A stretch of DNA of 64,000 nt from Magallana gigas (Eukaryota). Both the position numbers and the translations under genes were made by a program. The notes beneath the pieces were generated by a model. It saw only the letters and a list, made by a program, of their open reading frames with translations. It was not told where the DNA came from and searched no databases. Location of the stretch: the NCBI RefSeq assembly GCF_963853765.1, contig NC_088858.1, forward strand, positions 29,822,001-29,886,000, written 5' to 3'. This document shows, piece by piece, positions 24,801-41,667 of this stretch (positions are counted from its first letter, which is position 1; each line of letters opens with the position of its first letter).

Positions 24801-27800
24801 GTATAGCAGCCGACATATTACAAATCAAAATGTATGATCGATATCTGCCCTGGCTCCGCGTCGTCACCAATTTTCCTCAAGTCAATACTCGGCCTCAAAT
24901 CTGAGGTTTGACCTCAAGTTTATGCACTTTTCTTTACAGGATTTGAGTTGAGGAATGAGTTAAGGGATTTGAAAATTTTGATGACGATGGAGCCTCGTAC
25001 CTACCCCAAGGCATGCAGTAGACTCCAGCGTCCTGGGAGTGGTTTTTGCAGGAGTCAGACGATACATTCCAGCCCAGATTGGGGCATTGGTAGATAGAGT
25101 GTTCGTACCCTGAACAGCTGACCTTGTCCATCAGGATAGGACCAGTGCCAGGTCCGTGGTAGGAGCCGCGGTACGATACACCACTAGCATAAAACAGCTG
25201 TCGGCACACCACCACCGCATCACTGGTCGACCAGCGGCCGTGACAGACGGTCCCCCACACCCCGTCCCGGGAAACCTCCACCCGACCTTGATTTGGTTTG
25301 ATACCATCAGCTAGACGAATTCCCATGCCTGATTTCATGATAATGATATAATATTGTAAAAATTCATGAGTTGGTTTCATACAACGTATCTCAGTCTGTA
25401 TTTTCAAATAAAATTTATTTTCGATAAATTTTGATTTTGTTTGATTTTTGCGAGTTAATATCATTTTTGACATTTGTGGAGTCCTAAATGAATGCAAATG
25501 ATAAGAATTGTAAAACTGAATCACGGCGAGTATGTTTCTACGGTAATCAGATGTGTTCAAATACCTGAACCCTTATAGCAGAGAATTCCAGCGGAGGACA
25601 AGTCATTGCCACACTCTGTCGGTACTGAGTAGTTGAACACACAATCCTTTATGTATTTCTCTTGCCCCTGACACTAAAATATTAATACGAGTATTTGAAT
25701 TTGGAAATTTTCTCTAAGCATCCACAATAATTAAAGGTAAAGAATGTCTTTCCATTATACAAAACTACCTTACCTTAATGCTACCGACCCATATAGGTTC
25801 ATAGCGCGTGAGTTCATCGGAGGAACTATACGCGACACCACCACTGAATCCGTTTTCCCAGCAGAGGACCGAGGCCGCCGTGCTGTCCCAGCCACCACGA
25901 CAGACCGTCCCCTTAATGCCGAACTGAGAGACCACCACCCGTCCACTGTCAGACTGTTCTATGGAAACTGTCGTATCTGAAAAATGATCACGCATTCGCT
26001 ATTTAGAATCCAAAACTTTTAAGTGCATGGTCAATGAATATTCACATAGTACTTAGCGATCGCGATGACTTACTTGGACTGGCGTCTTGATGCGAACATA
26101 GAACTGAAGCGTAGTTGTATGAGGAGCAAAACCCCATTTCATGTTCACAATCTAGAATGTCTGTTTCGTTCCCTGTACATTTGATGTTCACTGTGTGGAC
26201 GTATCTCAGAGGTCTACCGAACTGTCCCGGGAGGAGCACCCTCGCACTTGAGTACCCCAGTTGTCTGCAGATGACGTCAGCATCCCTTTGATCAAACCCA
26301 TCCGCACACAGTGTTGTCCAGAAGTACTTCTGATAGACCTCTACGATTCCCATCGTAACATTCTTCCGCCGGTACCCCAACGTTATACGAGCTGGAAATT
26401 TTAGTGATATGAATGGTAAAATATGAACTAGTATACATATAATCATATATGTACGAGTAAACTCCATCCATCAATACATCCACTTACCACTTTTATAACA
26501 GTAGACGCCTGCGTCATTGTCGTGATTACAGAGAGATTGGTTGACATTTCTCCACCCAGACCCTTCACATGCTATCACCGAATCCTCCACTCCCAGACAA
26601 TTCACATTGGACAAGTACACATCTCTCGATGATTCAGACGATTTATCTCTGCTCAAAAAAGTAAACGTAAGAAAGAGAGTACCATCGGTACATAGTTTAG
26701 TCATCTGATATTGCATGCTGACTTTACATATTGACTCGTTTCGAGTTTCAAATACAAGACCCAGAATTTGTTTACGTGTATGACAGTCCAGTTACGTATC
26801 CTGTTTGTCGACAGAAAACCTGAGCGTCCAAGTTGGACCAGCCATTACCGCAGATTGTTCCCTCTTTGCCATCCACAGATAGAACCACTATACCGCCACC
26901 CTTCACTTGACTATCAGCAAGGGAAAAGCGTACACCTAGAAATAGAAATGTAAATTGTAGATATATTTTGATTGGTATGCAAAGCCAAATTGTTGTATCT
27001 GAATTCTTTCGAGTTTAACTTTTATTCTACAATTTGATGTCACAAGTACGCGTCTAATGTACTGGATGAGCAAGCATCGTTTATTCAGAATACACAGTAA
27101 ATGCAATGACTAAAGAGAATGCTAATGTTTTTATCACATATGAATACTAAAAATTGGGAGAAATATGTTTCTAAGATACGAACAAGCCTGATTACAAGAA
27201 GTGCAACTATACCTGTTGTGTTGTAACAGAGTACGCCTGCTCGCTGGTTGCTGTAACAAATTTGTGTTTCTTTGTAACAGTCGGATATTTTGTCTTCGTC
27301 TCCATTGCAATGCAGGCCGGTTAACAGAAACGGTAGCGTTTCTGCTGCTCCAAACACCATAGGAACCCCACCGGAAAACCCCAGCTGTCTGCATGTAACG
27401 TTGGCCTCTTTCTCGGTGAAGTAGGTGGAACATATTTGGCCAAACGATTGTTGTAGGAAGATTTCCACCTTTCCGCTGCTGGGTGACGAGACGTTAGTAT
27501 CTGATTGTATGGGGGACAGATGAAGACCTTCCTCTATAACAGTACAAAAACTTTGTTATCACTTAAGAAACATCTAAGAGTGATCATAATCAAGTAAGTA
27601 GATGCTATTTGACAGAAAGAATATGTCGGAACAAAATTCAAAATCTGACCTTCTTGCTTGTCAAAACAGCTGACAGAACCGTAGTGGACATCTTGAGTGG
27701 CACATACATTCGGTGTATAATTTTCATCGAATTTACAGTCCTGTATCTTTGTCTCCCCACCAGAGCACCCTTTGAACGGATAGGTGTGGTTCCCCGTGTG

Positions 27801-29537
27801 TCGCCCGTACGCCGCCATTGGAAGAACGGTGCCCTTGCTGAATCCTAACTGTTTGCATACTACAAGAGCATCTTGCGGTAGGAATTGTGGCCAGGCGCAC
27901 AGGGTCTGCCATTGGTTGTCTTGCCATACCTCCACTATTCCGTGACTTATGTTATTCCCGTGGATCAGTCGGACGTCGGCGGATTCTGTCAAGAAATGAA
28001 CATCGAGTCATCTTAGACTTAACTAAAGTTACTACATACATGTATACATAGCTTCCTGCTCTCTGCCATATTACAAAAAAATGAACAAACTGGACGTTTC
28101 GTTAATACATTGCGGCGCTCTCACTGACCCTTGTGGCAGTCACTGGTCACCTCTGTACCGTCCAGCGTCCATACAGCATTGCACCCTCCACAGTAATCAT
28201 CACTACAAGAGGAGGAGAGAAGGGTAATAAAAAGATGGAACACAATGTCCGATTAAAAATCCCACTAATTAATCTACGTGTCTAGTGTCCACCCTTTTTC
28301 AAAAACAAGTATTACTATTCATGTTTGTGTTACATGATGTACAGCATTGAATTTTTAGGTGTTGTTAACATTTACAGGTTGTATGTAGGTAAGGGATTTG
28401 AGGAGGCTGGCTGGTCAACAAATTACACATCATAACTATCTTAAATATTTAAATATGATTTGTATGGCTGTAAACTTTATTTCGTAAAGAAAAAATTCAA
28501 ACATATTAACTTCTGAATTTTAGTATTTTCTTATTAATTGGTCAAACACTCTACAGACTGAATACGACTGACCTGCAGTTAGCTGTAGGATGCCTGGGAC
28601 AGCTGGACACGTCACAGGGCGCCACGAAACACTGAACAACCGGCTGACCGTCCGGACACTGTCCCGCTGTAGAGGGGAAGATGGAAAAAAAAATAGTTCT
28701 CAGGGGAAAAATTAACCATTGGTATCTTGTTTCAAGAAGTAGTGAAGAAATATTAACGGTGTTTAACTGCTTGTTCAATCAGTTAACTTCATCATTTTTT
28801 TTTTTTTGTTATCTCGAGATTTACCACCTACACCTCAAAATATGCAGTTAGCAAAAATTTTACATCTTAAAATGTGTTTAAAGTCATGTTGAATTTACAG
28901 CTGTGCATAGAGAGAAACCAAATGGCATTTTTCAGACTAATTCACCAATATTCTTTGCATCATTTAATTACATGTAGCATAGCAGAAAAAATGATCACAT
29001 ACAATACCACAGCATCACGAATAGACTGGATGACACATGGATAGCTGAGTATTTGTAAGGTGCAATAATTGTGCAATTTATTCTCATTCGAAGCAATTTT
29101 TGAATCAAATTCGACTCCATGCTCCGTGACTCTGATTTCTATAGACTTTCTATTAATAGTTTTTAAACGACCAGTTTACCTGTATGAAAAGTGGTTGTTC
29201 TAAATTCCCCAACTCGAAAAAAATACATGTACATGTATTTGATATTTAGATTTGAAATTCTTTAAATCTCACATTCAATAAAGGTATCGCAAAACGGTAA
29301 AGGGGGGGGGGGGGTCTCTACTAAACGTAAGGGTGCATAAAACATCCAATACCATGAATATGATTTTCCATATTGAATTTTAGGGGGGAAAAAATCATTG
29401 CTCCATTAAAATGTATTATGCAGTATGTATGATTTTCCATATTGAATTTTAGGGGGAAAAAATCATTGCTCCATTAAAATGTATTATGCAGTATGTATTA
29501 TATTTATTTTATTAATAGTCAACAAGGGTTATGTAAC

Positions 29538-29580
<43 letters not shown>

Positions 29581-29679
29581 CGCATATACATTGTACGCTA
29601 GCTGGTAATGAATAACTGACATACCTGCTATGCTAAGTCTACTTGCTAACAGTATCACGAAAAAGAGATGCCATTTCAT
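18820..29679 (-). CDS. Multi-SRCR (DMBT1/CD163-like) type I membrane scavenger receptor: signal peptide, Cys-rich module, 16 SRCR domains, TM helix, cytoplasmic tail; ~1982 aa, 22 exons
   Basis: Phase-checked exons: 29625-29679 (MKWHLFFVILLASRLSIA), 28573-28666, 28129-28202, 27650-27985, 27213-27500, 26776-26935, 26488-26648, 26074-26391, 25774-25976, 25565-25673, 25005-25328, 24340-24657, 23724-24032, 23262-23594, 22486-22806, 21774-22382, 21542-21643, 21186-21404, 20716-21036, 20263-20592, 19556-19870, 18820-19469 (5949 nt). SRCR motifs such as GRVEV..G.WGTVC...W...DA.VVCRQL; TM VVAVVSAIAACLLIIVIVIIVM. Confidence 0.88.
29359..29498. repeat. Tandem duplication of a ~69-bp unit in SRCR intron 1
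   Basis: TATGATTTTCCATATTGAATTTTAGGGGG...TATGCAGTATG occurs twice, head-to-tail. Confidence 0.85.
29541..29577. repeat. (AG)n microsatellite
   Basis: Read directly; lies ~50 bp downstream of the signal-peptide exon donor. Confidence 0.9.
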
Positions 29680-30815
29680 CGGTGGCATCGTAGAACTATG
29701 TTGTCAATGTATAGACGCTGACTGTGCTTACATCCAGTCCCATGTCATGGCCGATATAAATAACAGAACCAGTTACAGCTTTGTAAACATTTATATTCGT
29801 GGTCATTCAACTGTTACGGTGTTTTTAAAGCTTGATCCTGGTATGGGTTTAAAACATGCTTTCAATAATGTCAAGTGTCTTTGTGGTAAAAGCCACTATA
29901 GGTGAAGCACTTTAACATTGGACGGAGTTTTGGAACATCGAAGTTTATTAATGCAAGTACATGTACATGTGTAAGAATGTAATACATTTTTTACTATTAG
30001 AGAATTCGTATTATCTGCCTGCGTCGGAGTTATTATAATTTGAGGAATGCACCAAATGGAAAAAAAGGTTTTGGTGTCAAATAAGGCACTTTTCGAGCCC
30101 CAATGTGGTTACGTGTTGACAATGTACTTTAGTTCACCCAGCTGCAATGGGTATCGACTCACGCTGGTGATTAACAGTGCCCAATTCAGGGAAGTCTGCA
30201 TCACATCTCAGAAACCGGAGATAAAGTCTGGTCCTATAAGTCATATTGCAATCGGCGAAGATTTTTACGAAAGCTTTATAAATAACTTATAAATAGCTTA
30301 ATTTTTTTAAAAAATCGATAGAAAGTAATCTACATATCTTTTATGCACATTTCAAGTGTAAAAAAAAGAAGAAAAGAACTATCAAACAATCAAATCTCTA
30401 ACAGAGAGTTTAAAAGAAAGATTAAAATTAAATTCTAAAAATTATATAAAGAATGCATAATTTCAAATTTAAACTTTTATATCCATATTAATAGTGCTCT
30501 ACATCCATATCATTTAAATGGATCACTTCAATATACTCCATCCTGTAAAACTAGCAAACTCTATTTCAGCAACAGTACATATTCCAGACTAATAAACGAA
30601 AATACACTACAGCTATGCCTTTTTATCCAATCAAATTTTATCAGCCGGTTTATTGGAGATGGCACATTTTACATAATCAAAAAAATAAAGTATGTGCAAA
30701 TCTTCATCTAACCAGAAAAAAGACGCTATTGTTGACAGAAAAAAATACTGATTTGCATGACCAAGGTTTGCATCAATGGTGATATCTGACCAATGCTGCT
30801 TCAGAGTCAGCTGTA

Positions 30816-30899
30816 GCTACAGGTCTGTAGCTCCTGGTCTTAAAAAACCTAGGTCATCCATCCACATTTTTTTCAGAACGAGAGCTACAGACCTGCAGC
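30816..30899. mobile_element. 84-bp mini-element of the 16141-16685 family
   Basis: TA|GCTACAGGTCTGTAGCTC ... GAGCTACAGACCTGCAGC|TA. Confidence 0.75.
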
Positions 30900-31512
30900 T
30901 ATGTCAGGTGTTTTCAAAGTTAATTAAGTGATATCTAGAATACATCTAAAATACATTATATAACCAAAATTTTTTTCTTCAGATTTACCAGTACATACAT
31001 CATTAGAAAAATATTTTTGTTTGTGCTGTGGATTTTCAAACAATAATTGACAATCAGTAGCGCATCATGGTCAATGCAAAACATCAACAGATACATGCAG
31101 TATAACTGCCATAAGGACACTAATTTATCCTAGACCCATTTCATTTAATGAAAGGAAACAGAGAACAGTTTAATATATACAACTTTATTCAAATTTGGTT
31201 CCAGATTAAGTATATTTGACAATTCTTTTAATAAGCTGAGTCCTAGACTGGACAATATCTCCCACATCAAAAATGCTATTGATGTGTATTGTGCACAATC
31301 ATACGTTATAATCAATAAGTGACTGTCCCTTTACCGGGCTCTCATCTACTGAATGGAAAGGATATAGGTTATTTTTTTAAAAGAATCTTTGCACTGAGAA
31401 AAAATTTCATTTAATTTTGCTTTCTGAAATGTTATAAGGTAAGTACCAATAAATGAAATCTACAGATGAACGGACATGATGACACGTTTTCTTTAGTGTT
31501 TCCTTAGTGTCT

Positions 31513-32241
31513 TTAGTGTTTGGATCTACTTCTTTTTCTCCTTCTGTCTGAAGATCGGCTCCTTTTCCTGTACCTGTCATGGGATCTATCTTGTGCCCTA
31601 TTCCTGGACTGTTCCCGAGATAGACTTCTATCCCTGGAATGTCTTCTTTGCCTGTCTCTTCTTCTGTCCATTGACCTCTGTCCATCATTACTTCTTTCAT
31701 CATCGAAACTCTCTCTTGCATGCAGTGATTGCATTGAAATTGGTTTACGCCAGGGTCGATCTTTACATCCAAATCTCAATTGACCAGATTCCTTTTTGCC
31801 ACCAAGACCTCCCCCGAGTCGTCTAGGAACCCATCCTGGCAAGGTGCGCTCCAGTTCAAAGTCGACAAGAACTTCATGGCCGTCTATCTCCATACCATGT
31901 CCATCTCGCTCAGCTCGAACAGCTGACCGCCCCTCCTTGAATTCCACAAAAGCATAACCTCTGGAATGCCCAGTTATAATGTCTCGCACCAATCTGATTT
32001 TATGTATCTCTCCAAAGTAGGAAAATTGGGATTCTAGTGTATCCTCATCAGTTTTGGGGTTCAAACGAGACACAAACACAGTCTGGTTTGGATCACCAGC
32101 CACATCTTTGTTTGGTTTGTATGAAGAAGACAGGGCCCTAATGATTCCGTGATCATGTGGTTCTGTGTCAGTTCTGTCAATACTACCTGCCATTAATGGG
32201 CAGTAGGTTTTAGCTAAAGGTGTCCAGCTATCTTCAGACAT
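31513..32241 (-). CDS. SNRNP35: U11/U12 small nuclear ribonucleoprotein 35 kDa protein, 242 aa
   Basis: AGSIDRTDTEPHDHGIIRA; RRM (TVFVSRL...RDIITGHSRGYAFVEF); ERTLPGWVPRRLGGGLGGKKESGQLRFG; RS-rich tail. An acceptor AG lies 1 nt before the ATG, so the ORF-track start at 32283 is intronic. Confidence 0.95.
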   Translation of the reverse strand: MSEDSWTPLAKTYCPLMAGSIDRTDTEPHDHGIIRALSSSYKPNKDVAGDPNQTVFVSRLNPKTDEDTLESQFSYFGEIHKIRLVRDIITGHSRGYAFVEFKEGRSAVRAERDGHGMEIDGHEVLVDFELERTLPGWVPRRLGGGLGGKKESGQLRFGCKDRPWRKPISMQSLHARESFDDERSNDGQRSMDRRRDRQRRHSRDRSLSREQSRNRAQDRSHDRYRKRSRSSDRRRKRSRSKH

Positions 32242-33125
32242 TCTTGAAATTAAAAATATATTGTAAATGTAAGTTTTGATCACAAATTAATTCAATTCAA
32301 ATTCAGCATTCATGTTCACCAAGGATTAAGTCACCGGTCGTTTATATGGAAAAAAAACATATGTATCTGAAGCAACATAATTATTCATATCGATTCTTCA
32401 AGAATTATTTCAAGTGATAATCGCTAATAATTTACAATATATACATGCTGTACACACCTGTCTTCTGTTGACATCAATTTGTGGTTGTCGTAATTTAAAC
32501 AAAGTATCCGTATTATTTATTAAACCTAAATATAAAAAAAACACTTGCAACTCTAAGGCTAAATGAATGCTAGAGCTGTAGTTTTATCAATTATAAAGAA
32601 AAAACAATCCATTATTTTGTATTCTCATTTGTGAAGAACGGATCTTTTCATGTCGTAAAATCTATGTAGCTTAGTTTGTGGTAACATACGGGAAACAGAA
32701 AATAGAAAGTAGGACACATTCTCTTTTTTGATCAAATTAAGTATATCACTTCGTGTAAGATTTTTAATTTTCTGGGTTTTGTTAATTCGTCGTTATATTA
32801 ACAACATTTATGTTTAAGTTATGTTTTAAAACTGTTGCTTATTAGACTCTATATAGAAGTTGTTTTACATGCTTAACATGATGTAATTTAACGCTGCATG
32901 TTCATCCACCGGTTTGAATCATCTTCGCATTTATACTATTTGGTTGATTTATCTTCTCGTCTTTAAAAATGTTTTTGGTCTTTAAAATAGATAATGATTA
33001 TCATGCACAAACTTTGAAGATATACATTTACGTTGCATGAAAATGAAAGGTTATTTTTCAAATGACCTTTGATATATTTACATCATGTGTAAATCCAAAG
33101 CTAAAGAATGGTTCGTTGTTTTCAG

Positions 33126-37943
<4,818 letters not shown>

Positions 37944-39283
37944 ATACCTTTTGAATTTAAAAGCAGAGTAACTTACTATCAAAGATAACTTGTTTGCCAT
38001 AATAAAGGGCTTGGACCTGTAGCATTTATTTTAGGGGGGTGCCAGTTTTCAAACTAATCTAAACGTGAACATGTCTTCTTGACTAAAGATGTTTTTTGGT
38101 TGATTTTGACATTTTTTTAGAGTGTAAATTTTGTTTTCAATTGGTAAAAATGTTTTTTGTTGTTGTATATTGGAGTATTGTTATAAAACTTTCAACACGA
38201 TGGAAAGAATTTATCTTCAAGTATTGTAAAAAGACGTTCCAATAATTATTTCGTGTTTAAATTTGTTTAGACATAATCTTTTTCTTTTTGTATAAATATT
38301 TTATTTTATAATGTAGACTATAAATATTTGTTTCAAGCATGTTAATTAAAGTGATTATTTTAAGAAAATTGTGTTGAACTTTTATTCACATGTTGCAGAA
38401 ACTGATTTACATATTACATGTAGTTGAAAAAAAAGTGATTTCTCTTTCTTTTGTGTCGAACAATCTAAAGACAATTACTAGTATTGACCAAAAACCCTTG
38501 AAATGATATCTGGATATAGACACTGGATTTTTGGTCCATATCTTCAGAAAATATATGCTACATATATACATTAAATATGGTAAATACATTTTAAGAGTCT
38601 ATGAGTATACGTATAGTTCAAAATTATTACTTGATACTACGGTGTAGTAATATTATAATCTCGGTGATGCGACAAAATTTAGGGGGTTTTGGGGTTTTTT
38701 TTTATGTTTAATCTAATTGTTTATTTTCCTCCGGCCATGTTAACCTTGATATTCAAAATTGATTTAATAATTTTCCATAGACGTTTGAATTTAAGCAGTT
38801 TTCATATTTTTTACGACCATTCATGACGGGTCGTCAAAGTTCTTCATAATCATCTAAAAGCATAAACCTGTATTCAGACCACCTGAACAAAGAGACGTTT
38901 TACCACAAACGTAAATTAGACAAATCAATTGCAACAACACACAGCCTTGAGCAAGCAAACATAAATGAATGGACATTTACTAATAAATTTCGGACACACA
39001 CTATTTAGATACTTCATTTGATATAAAAAAGAAAGGCCCGATTTATGTTTTATTAAACACTTTTATTAAGAAATAATGTTGACATTTTTAGTTTTACCAT
39101 TACTTTTATTTAATTACCTGGATATAACTATGGGATGTTAAAACAATATGTGTGTTACATAAAGGTGTGCTTATAGAGCAGACAATTTAGTTGTAAAATA
39201 CCCAGCTTGGGGTCAATTAATTTCGGCTAGGCATCCCGGTTCAAAGAAATTGTTGAGTGAGCACAAGCAGGTGCTTGTCCCTC

Positions 39284-39414
39284 ATTGGTTAATTACTCAA
39301 ATGCTTACACAAAACAATTAAAGTTGATTTTTTTAATTACACTAGGGGTTAATTTTATCTCTTTAATTTCATTGGCTAGCATAGCGTTGGTTCCAGAAGA
39401 AGCAAGGTATAAAT
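39284..39414 (+). promoter_or_regulatory. Putative CCAAT + TATA promoter of the orphan ORF
   Basis: ATTGG at 39284 and 39371; TATAAAT at 39408-39414, 35 nt before the ATG at 39449. Confidence 0.55.
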
Positions 39415-39448
39415 AAAGCAGTCGTCGTAAAATCAACCATTATCTGGC

Positions 39449-40132
39449 ATGCCCAAAAGAATCAACATGAAGCAGAATACATGTACTAAGTACACCGAAC
39501 CTCTCTTCATTGATACAACTTTAGAGTATAAGATTGACCGAAGCCGATTCCCAGGCATCGACAACGGCGAGCCTATGTTGTTGGTTCATTCCTCTACCAA
39601 CTGTCTATGCACCCAGACTCACACAAACATCATCGCCCCAGCTGCTGATCACGAACTATTCACCATGATCGACACTCTAGCAGATGTAGTCACAGCCACA
39701 GAACAGATCCAACCAGAAAACGAACCGAACACGTGCTGCTTTGGATTATCGCCCGTCTCTCCTTTATCACTGAGTCGCCAAGAAGATTTATGCTGCGATT
39801 TCCCAAAAGACCGAGATTATCAGAGTCTGGATTCTCCTCTCAACACCCTTGATGTTCTCTTTGACTTTGACTCGTCATCTTCATCGGACTCCCACCTCAG
39901 TGCTCTTCTTGATGACCAGTTATTTCCCAGTTTCTCCAACCCACATGATCCCGCCTATCTATTGGATGACTTCTCAACAATCTGTGACGTTGACTTGTGT
40001 GTCATTGGAATGAAAACCAGAAAACGGCGACACTCCACGGTTTACGAAGATTCGCCAAAACGACGGAGGACTGAGTGTTGCTGGGTGGCGGATCTATTCG
40101 AGGAAGATGCGGATCTCCGATGGAGCAGCTGA
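39449..40132 (+). CDS. Uncharacterised intronless 227-aa acidic/Ser-rich protein with C-terminal bipartite NLS
   Basis: Long ORF clearly more GC-rich than its flanks; TATA upstream; AATAAA at 40279-40284; RKRRHSTVYEDSPKRRRT. No domain recognised. Confidence 0.75.
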   Translation: MPKRINMKQNTCTKYTEPLFIDTTLEYKIDRSRFPGIDNGEPMLLVHSSTNCLCTQTHTNIIAPAADHELFTMIDTLADVVTATEQIQPENEPNTCCFGLSPVSPLSLSRQEDLCCDFPKDRDYQSLDSPLNTLDVLFDFDSSSSSDSHLSALLDDQLFPSFSNPHDPAYLLDDFSTICDVDLCVIGMKTRKRRHSTVYEDSPKRRRTECCWVADLFEEDADLRWSS

Positions 40133-41667
40133 AAAATTGTGACTTAGTGGATACCATATTCATTTATTTAATGGATCAAACGTGTCAGTGCTTGTTTGTA
40201 TTGTATTTTTTGTTGGTGTATTAACAAAGTGCTACTATTATTTATTTGCACGTTCATTCAATATATTTAAAAAAGTGGAATAAATGATATTTACAAACAT
40301 TTATACAATTATAGAGTATCATTTAATTTAAAATGCAGCAGAGTATCGGTTGAGATTATAGATATGCATGAAGGTAGCGACTTTCACATAAAAATTCTCT
40401 CTTTGAAAATACAAAAAGGTAAACTGAATTAAAGAATAAGGATTACAGTTTTCATGGAATAAATACATTTACTTGATATATTCTGCTTGAAAAGTACTTC
40501 TAATCTACGTTCAAATTCAACAAGTATCGTTAGAGAGTCTCTGCCCTGCATCTATTGACTTTTACAAACACAGTTCTTGACATTAGCCTAACAACTTTGG
40601 AAATATTATGAAGAATTGCCGGTTAATTTATTTGAACATTTATTCACCCATACTCGTTATCGACAATTTTAAGGGTAAAGCTTCTAACTTATACTGGCAG
40701 CCAAAGCAATATCGATATGTTTTTAGGTGTCTATAGATATTATAGATCGAGGTAATAAATAGAGTAATGTTCTAAATGCAAACCCACCAGCAAAAAAAAA
40801 CAAAACAAACAAACAAAAAGGCAAAAAAATGAATAAATTGATGGACTAAAACTTTCCAAAGAGATCAAAGAAATTCATAATCTTGACTGCTAAACTACGG
40901 CGAAACTGTATAAAGCCGTTAGAAAGATGAGTTCTTCTTGTTTTATTCATAAATGGGCTCATAAAAAGGGATATGTAAATTAAAAATAACCAACATTAAT
41001 AGCCATCTTTATATCGTGCTTGATAGGATAATGAAGTAATTTAAGCGTTCACTGTCAAAAAAAAAACTAAACTAAAGTCTATATATAAAAACGCGGCTTA
41101 TGTGTTGTTGTTTTTATTTATTTCTATGATGCGGTAAACTTTTTTTCGAAATTCTAAAATTTAATATACATACGCTAACTATATTGAAAAAATATTTAAT
41201 GAGTGAGTGTATCAGCTTTATAAGTGAATAAAAAAACCCGCGTTTGACCGTTGTGTAGGATCCACCCCCGACCTTTTTGACGTTGTTAAACCGGAAGTAA
41301 GACGTATTACACTTTTTTACTCCGCCATGACAATTTAGGTCGCTTGATAATTTCTATTTTTGGTCTTAGTGTACTTCAAATTAAATCGTAAGTTAAAATG
41401 AAAAGTCTTACAAATCTCATTTTGTGTAACATTGTTTTGCGTGCATTACTTGTCAATCGTATTTAAATAGTTTGTTTCAAAATTTTCATGATCATGAATG
41501 GGCATTATGTTCACGCTGTTCAAGTGTCCATTACGTTCTCCGACAGTTATAAATAGTGCATTTTTTTGAAAATAATTGTTAATTCTTCCTACCTAGACTA
41601 CAGATTATAAAGAAAGCCTGGTGAATTCTGTGGACAAGTTTGATTTTAAATAATCGAGTTTAATTTC

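Noticed and set aside
28990-29120. Alternative signal exon for the SRCR gene (MESNLIQ...FVMLWY)
   Set aside because: Poor signal peptide compared with the 29625-29679 exon.
31407-31826. Overlapping ORFs at SNRNP35
   Set aside because: Alternate-frame and antisense shadows of the RS-rich tail.
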